Assembly (NCBI GenBank): GCA_937901345.1
Contig: CALCHM010000127.1
Location: 3,872 to 67,871 of the forward strand
Source: an uncultured Prevotella sp.
Lineage (GTDB): Bacteria; Bacteroidota; Bacteroidia; Bacteroidales; Bacteroidaceae
Length of the DNA stretch: 64,000 nt
Reading direction: 5' to 3'
The notes under the pieces were generated by a model. It saw only the letters and a list, made by a program, of their open reading frames with translations, was not told the origin of the DNA and ran no database searches. Shown one piece after another: positions 58,927 through 64,000 of this stretch (position 1 is its first letter; the number at the start of each line of letters is the position of its first letter). The translations under genes and the position numbers were made by a program.

Positions 58927-59559
58927 ATGAAGAAAATTGCATTTCTCCTCATGATGTTGCTCCCCTTTGGTGTGAGTGCGCAGAAGCAACAAGATGATAT
59001 GAGTAAATACCTTGCTGGTGCTGTTCCTACACAAAATGGCATCGTGATATTTGAAAAATCGTTTGAAGTTCCAGATAAGAGCAAAGCTGAAATCTATGAC
59101 GGGTTGAAGACTTATTTCGCTGAAAACATCCTTCAGGGAGAAAATGTATTGCCACAAACGCGCATACAAGAGGAACAACCTGAAGCGGGCATTATGGCTA
59201 TTGCTGTTGAGGAGTATCTTTATTTCAAGCGTAAACCTCTTGTAACTGATGGCACACGTTTCTACTACCAACTTATTGCTCAAGTTGAGGACGGAAAGTT
59301 TACTATCTCCATGCGTCGCCTACGCTATATTTATGATTTGACGGAAACACCCTCTACGGAAGCGCATCCTGACGTGTGCTTCTCTGCAGAAAAGTGGATT
59401 ACCGACGCTGAAGCGCTCAATAAGAAGCAAACCAAACTCCTCAAGGTGCCTGGAAAATTCCGCCGCTTCACCATCGACCGTAAGGATGGAATCTTCAATG
59501 GTGCCGCAAAGGCTGTGGGCGCAAAGCGCAAGGTGAAATTGGTGGAAGTTTACGAATAA
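58927..59559 (+). CDS. Exported DUF4468-type protein
   Basis: Signal peptide; KYLAGAVP..NG.V.F, AE.WITD..AL motifs. Confidence 0.7.
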   Translation: MKKIAFLLMMLLPFGVSAQKQQDDMSKYLAGAVPTQNGIVIFEKSFEVPDKSKAEIYDGLKTYFAENILQGENVLPQTRIQEEQPEAGIMAIAVEEYLYFKRKPLVTDGTRFYYQLIAQVEDGKFTISMRRLRYIYDLTETPSTEAHPDVCFSAEKWITDAEALNKKQTKLLKVPGKFRRFTIDRKDGIFNGAAKAVGAKRKVKLVEVYE

Positions 59560-59823
59560 ACTCATACTTATATATAAAAGGTGTGTCAAGGCAAACGTTT
59601 TGGCAGACCTTTTTTTGGGTTTGCGTTCTCACGCTCCGCAGACTTTCGCAGAAAAGTTATACAATCATTTTGTTACTTTGGATATGTTGAATTCTCTTTG
59701 AAATAAAGTCATCGGGAGCTTAGCACAAGCGAAGCGTGTGCGATTCTGCAAATTATAAAAACAAGTTAATCACTAAAGACTTCTGCGATTGTCAGAGAAG
59801 TCTGCATGTAAAACTCACCTACC

Positions 59824-60306
59824 ATGAAAGAACAAACACTTTGTCTTCACTATAAGACGTGTGACTACGACGAACTCACTGATGCCGATCGTCGTCTTAT
59901 TGATAGCGCTAAAGCAGCATGTAGTTCAGCGTATGCTCCCTATTCTAAATTCCAAGTAGGGGCCGCGGTGTTGTTGGCTAATGGCGAAATAATTTGTGGA
60001 AGCAATCAAGAGAATGCTGCTTACCCCAGCGGTATATGTGCAGAACGTTGTGCTGTCTTCTACGCAAACTCCCGTTATCCAGATAGTGCCGTTGTTGCAT
60101 TAGCCATAGCAGCCTCTAACAAACCTGGAGAATTTCTCTCTACTCCCATCACTCCTTGTGGCGCATGTCGTCAAGTATTACTCGAGACGCAACGCCGCTT
60201 CAATACTCCTATGCGCATCTTACTCTACGGAACTTCCCAAGTGCTCGCATTCGATTCGATAAATACGCTTCTCCCTTTTCAGTTTACGGGCGAGGATATG
60301 AAGTGA
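59824..60306 (+). CDS. cdd: Cytidine deaminase
   Basis: YAPYSKFQVGAA, NQENAAYP.G.CAER, PCGACRQ. Confidence 0.95.
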   Translation: MKEQTLCLHYKTCDYDELTDADRRLIDSAKAACSSAYAPYSKFQVGAAVLLANGEIICGSNQENAAYPSGICAERCAVFYANSRYPDSAVVALAIAASNKPGEFLSTPITPCGACRQVLLETQRRFNTPMRILLYGTSQVLAFDSINTLLPFQFTGEDMK

Positions 60307-60334
60307 ATATAAGATATACTTGATTGTTTTGTTA

Positions 60335-60632
60335 GGCAATGATATAGCAGTTGACCCCAATTAGAATTTTGTACTTTAAATGACGCTGAAGGCGTCACCG
60401 CTCAGTAACCGGGGCGTGCGCCTTTGCGTACCCCCGGTACTGAATACGCGAGAATCGCACCCTGAAGGGGTGCCCGAGGAGGCAGGATATGTAGGGTGAT
60501 GGGGCACTCCTTCAGAGTGCGTTCATTGGGATGCGCCAACCGTGGGTACTCGCTTTGCTCGCACCCGCGGTTACTGAGCGGAGACGCCTTCAGCGTCTAT
60601 AGCACGCTTGGGTCAACTGCTATATCATTTCC
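60335..60632. mobile_element. MITE of the same TIR family carrying nested REP-like palindromes
   Basis: TIRs GGCAATGATATAGCAGTTGACCC / GGGTCAACTGCTATATCATTTCC; internal GACGCTGAAGGCGTC...GACGCCTTCAGCGTC. Confidence 0.8.
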
Positions 60633-60643
60633 TAAACAAAACA

Positions 60644-60808
60644 AGAGGGTGTGTCGAAATGCAAAATTTCGGCACACCCTCTTAAGTCGTGTAAGAGTGA
60701 GTAAAATGCAAGGCGCTGAAATGGAGGATGAAGGGAGTGTACTGAAGTACATGACCAAATCCGAAATTGAGGAGCAACGCAGCAGTTTGCTCATTATGAC
60801 ACAACGCC
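60644..60808 (+). repeat. 165-bp dispersed repeat, copy 3
   Basis: Near-identical to copies 1 and 2. Confidence 0.92.
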
Positions 60809-60824
60809 CTTGTGTATATAGTTA

Positions 60825-62177
60825 TTACTTCTTCAACATGCCCTCCAATTCTTCCACTTGATGACGATAGTCAGCGTCAGAACTGATGCGAGTGGAAATC
60901 TGTGTGCAAGCGTGGATGACGGTGGTATGGTCGCGCCCACCAAAGCGGCGTCCGATTTCAGCGTAGGCCATGTTGGTGTACTTATGCGTTAGGTACATGG
61001 CCAATTGTCTGCTCTTCACGAGACTCTGCTTTCGACTTTTCGAGAAGAGTTCCTTTTGCGTGGTTCCGAGTTGCTCGGTGATGGTTTGTATAACGTTGTC
61101 CATCGTGATCTCACGCTTCTCGAGATTCACCATTCTCGCCACAATGCGCTTTACTAATTCCAAGTCAATTTCATGACTGTCAACAATCGAGTATGCCATG
61201 ATGGCATTAATCACACCTTCGATTTCACGCACACTACTCACGACATTCTCCGAAATGTAAGAAATCACCTCTGGCGAGAATCCCGTACGGATGCCGTTGC
61301 GCTTGAGTTTCGCCTTCACAATGTCGCGTCGCAGCGTCGCATCGGGCATTTCCATTTCCGCAACCATCCCCCATTTAAAGCGTGTTAGCATGCGGTCTTC
61401 CATCCCTTCTAGTTTTACGGGCGGACGGTCGCAAGTCATGATGATTTGGCGACTGCTTTGTTGCAGGTGGTTGAAGATGTGGAAGAAGGCTTGCTGCGTT
61501 TTAGCGGTAGAAACTTCCTGAACGTCGTCAATGATCAATACGTCGATTGACTGGTAAAAGTTGATGAAGTTATTAAAATTGTTCTTCACCACCGACTCCG
61601 TGTATTGCGTTTTAAAGACATGCGCCGAAACGAAAAGCACACGCATTTCAGGATTGCGCTCCAAGACGCTCACGCCGATGGCGTTGGCCAAGTGCGTTTT
61701 TCCCACTCCCGAGGGACCGTAAATAAAGAAGGGGTTAAACGTATTGCCGTGTGGTTTGTCAGCAATAGAACGCGCTACGGAGAGCGCCAACTTGTTGCTC
61801 GCGCCACTCACAAAGTTTTCAAACGTATAGTGGCGATTGAGTTGCGGATCGAGCGGGGGAAGTTTGCGTTGCTGAATCGTATTGAGTTGGGCCGCTTCAG
61901 CAGCAGGTATAGACTGTTGTTGGCGCGGTTGCACCAGAGCATACGCAATGCGCACCCCACTTCCAAAGGTTTCGGCCAACGTTGTGGCAATCATCTGAGC
62001 ATACTGACTTTGGTCAATGGATTGCGCCACCTCACGCGAAGGCACACCAATGCGCAACTTACCTTCGGCAAAATCCACAAAAGTAAGTAGGCCAACAGTC
62101 TTGGCAAAATCGGCTGCGGGAATGGTCTGCTTGAGGCGTTCCACACATTTATTCCATAATGATTGAGGGGTGTGCAT
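60825..62177 (-). CDS. dnaA: Chromosomal replication initiator DnaA
   Basis: YTFENFV.G.SN, NPFFIYGPSGVGKTHL, IIDDVQ, RF.WG, GGRDHTTV.HA. Confidence 0.96.
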   Translation of the reverse strand: MHTPQSLWNKCVERLKQTIPAADFAKTVGLLTFVDFAEGKLRIGVPSREVAQSIDQSQYAQMIATTLAETFGSGVRIAYALVQPRQQQSIPAAEAAQLNTIQQRKLPPLDPQLNRHYTFENFVSGASNKLALSVARSIADKPHGNTFNPFFIYGPSGVGKTHLANAIGVSVLERNPEMRVLFVSAHVFKTQYTESVVKNNFNNFINFYQSIDVLIIDDVQEVSTAKTQQAFFHIFNHLQQSSRQIIMTCDRPPVKLEGMEDRMLTRFKWGMVAEMEMPDATLRRDIVKAKLKRNGIRTGFSPEVISYISENVVSSVREIEGVINAIMAYSIVDSHEIDLELVKRIVARMVNLEKREITMDNVIQTITEQLGTTQKELFSKSRKQSLVKSRQLAMYLTHKYTNMAYAEIGRRFGGRDHTTVIHACTQISTRISSDADYRHQVEELEGMLKK

Positions 62178-62266
62178 GCTTTGAAAGGGGAAAGAATATT
62201 AGAAATAAAAAGGAGGGAGAAAGGGGAATCGCCAAACAATTGTCGACTGTCGAAGTCCCTTCACCG

Positions 62267-63181
62267 TTATTTCTTCTTTCCGAAAACAGAGAAGTGGACG
62301 TAGCGACCTGGGCGTTCCTTCATGTCGATGAGAAGGGAGTCAGCGCTATTTATTGTGCGATACAAACCATCATAAATACTGCGGTCGTTTAAGAGCAGAC
62401 CGAGACTGTTGTCGGTTGAAGTCACACTCGTGTTCAGCGTGGCAGTCAGCGCATTCAGGCGTTGCGTGAGGGAATCTGCGTGCTGCATGGTTGCGTTAAG
62501 AGCTGTCATTGTTGCATCAAGATTGCCTTTCGCAATATCATCAGCCACCTTATTGAGGTTACCCGTAAGCGCATTCACATTGCCGATAAGTGTAGGGATT
62601 TCGTTACCCATCAGATGGTCGATGCGCGTAGTTGTATGCGCTAGGTTTTCAGAGATTACTGCCAAGTTTTTCACCAAGTCGAGCATTGCAGCATCTCCTG
62701 TGAGGCGGTTCAAATTGCCCATAATGGAATCTACCTTGGGCAACATCTGCTCTACTTGGGGCAACATGTCTGCCGCGCGTTCCATAGCACCGAAATGTTG
62801 GCGACCAACGATGGTGTCACCGCGTTCCAAATACTTCACCGGATTCTTGCCGGGCAACAAATGGAGCGTCACGCTACCCATGAGCGACGTTTCGAGTTCG
62901 GCGGTTGTGCCTTCGGGCACGTGCATCGCCTTATCCAATTCTATCGCTACAACGACCGATTGATTGTCGGAATAATTGTAGTTGATTTCTCTCACAATCC
63001 CCACGGCATATCCGTTTGCCAAAACGGAAGCGGAGGGTGTCAATCCACCGGCGTTATCAAACTTCACATAGTAGGAATTGGTGGTTGTAAAAACATTTAC
63101 ACCCTTCAGGAAGTTGATTCCTATGTAAAAAAGGACAATCGCCACAATGGCGGTAAGTCCAATCTTAACTTCTTTTTTCAT
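62267..63181 (-). CDS. MlaD/MCE-family protein
   Basis: N-terminal TM, F.N..GL...A.V..NG..VG.V, helical C-terminus, P.RYVHFSVFG. Confidence 0.88.
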   Translation of the reverse strand: MKKEVKIGLTAIVAIVLFYIGINFLKGVNVFTTTNSYYVKFDNAGGLTPSASVLANGYAVGIVREINYNYSDNQSVVVAIELDKAMHVPEGTTAELETSLMGSVTLHLLPGKNPVKYLERGDTIVGRQHFGAMERAADMLPQVEQMLPKVDSIMGNLNRLTGDAAMLDLVKNLAVISENLAHTTTRIDHLMGNEIPTLIGNVNALTGNLNKVADDIAKGNLDATMTALNATMQHADSLTQRLNALTATLNTSVTSTDNSLGLLLNDRSIYDGLYRTINSADSLLIDMKERPGRYVHFSVFGKKK

Positions 63182-63275
63182 ATGCTATTTTTAATCTATT
63201 TGCAGTTACCGATTAACGGGAAACTGGCGTTGACTTGTCTCCATACGCCATTCACCTTTCATCTTTTACCAATCC

Positions 63276-64000
63276 TTACTTGGCCAACCTGCGCGCTTCG
63301 TCTAAATCAATGCGTTCGCCATTTACGAAAGCAACTACGAAGCACCCCTTAAAGCGCTTGGAGAGTTGGCGACGCAGGTTGTTTATGGTTGTAAAATCCG
63401 TAGAACTGCCACTGGTATATTTATACGTCTTACCGTCCTTATAGTAATCCGGTTTTTGCACGTTCTTCAGGCGCTTATCGGTTGTCTTCAGTTTCGTAGG
63501 ACTGGTAAAAATCTGCACCTTAAACACGGGTTTTGCGGTTGTAGCAGTTGCAGGTTGCGACGCTTTGGGTTGCTCCGCTGTTGGAGTTTCAGGTAAGGGT
63601 TCCGCCGGAGTTGTCTTTGCTGGCGTTTCTACCGCTTCATTCGCCGTCACTAAGGGCGCAGCGGCATGCTTCTTCACCTTTTTATAATACGTTGCGAAAC
63701 CGTTATAAAGACTCTGTGCCAACTGTTGCTGACCGCGTGCTGAGTTGAGGTAGTTCTCTTCGGCAGGCGTTGAGATAAATCCCAATTCCGTGAGCACGGA
63801 AGGCATCGATGTTTCGCGAAGCACCAAGAAACCGGCCTGCTTCACCCCCTTATTCTGACGCTTGGCGTGCGAAGTGTATTGTGTCTGAATGCAACGCGCC
63901 AACTCTACGCTTTGCTCCATGTAACGATCCTGCATGAATTCAAAAATGATGTAACTCTCAGGACTATTAGGGTCGAATCCGGCATACGTCTGCTTATAAT
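63276..64000 (-). CDS. N-acetylmuramoyl-L-alanine amidase (Amidase_3); 5' end lies outside the window
   Basis: GVKQAGFLVLRE..MPSVL.ELGFIS; frame open to the window edge; SPOR-like C-terminus. Confidence 0.9.
   Translation of the reverse strand, partial: YKQTYAGFDPNSPESYIIFEFMQDRYMEQSVELARCIQTQYTSHAKRQNKGVKQAGFLVLRETSMPSVLTELGFISTPAEENYLNSARGQQQLAQSLYNGFATYYKKVKKHAAAPLVTANEAVETPAKTTPAEPLPETPTAEQPKASQPATATTAKPVFKVQIFTSPTKLKTTDKRLKNVQKPDYYKDGKTYKYTSGSSTDFTTINNLRRQLSKRFKGCFVVAFVNGERIDLDEARRLAK

Noticed and set aside
60306..62266. oriC next to dnaA
   Set aside because: No DnaA-box cluster seen; the flanks are repeats or a short spacer

Overview
This is a 64-kb chromosomal window from a Bacteroidales bacterium, probably Prevotellaceae-like, judging by TAnnTTTG promoters, porT and a 47-bp type II-C CRISPR repeat. 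Most of it is core genome: lpxB, surE, parA-parB, mltD, relA/spoT, porT, ompA, fabG, rplU-rpmA, nusB-yajC-coaE, pgi, glmM, trxA, cdd, dnaA, an MCE gene and an amidase. Three accessory blocks interrupt it. (1) An apparently intact type II-C CRISPR-Cas locus (tracrRNA, cas9, cas1, cas2, 17 regular repeats). Its cas-distal end has an extra degenerate repeat, so an 886-bp contiguous phage fragment (3' part of a MuF-like gene plus 5' part of a virion morphogenesis gene) sits exactly between two repeats like a giant spacer. (2) An AT-rich seven-gene operon (48960-58345) encoding a vWA-like lipoprotein, a membrane protein, a tubulin/FtsZ-like GTPase, a large actin/Hsp70-fold ATPase, a membrane-anchored protein and a ZorA/ZorB (MotA/MotB)-like motor pair, with no ZorC/D/E. 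This is the best candidate for an undescribed system. (3) A small AT-rich WG-repeat islet next to a queuine-salvage pair (yhhQ plus a QueL-like radical SAM gene) with a preQ1-I-like pseudoknot overlapping the first codons. Intergenic DNA carries several miniature repeat families: IS1595-like MITEs with 8-bp target duplications, an ERIC-like element, 42-43-bp tandem arrays and heptamer repeats. All family assignments come from motif recognition by eye; no database search was run.
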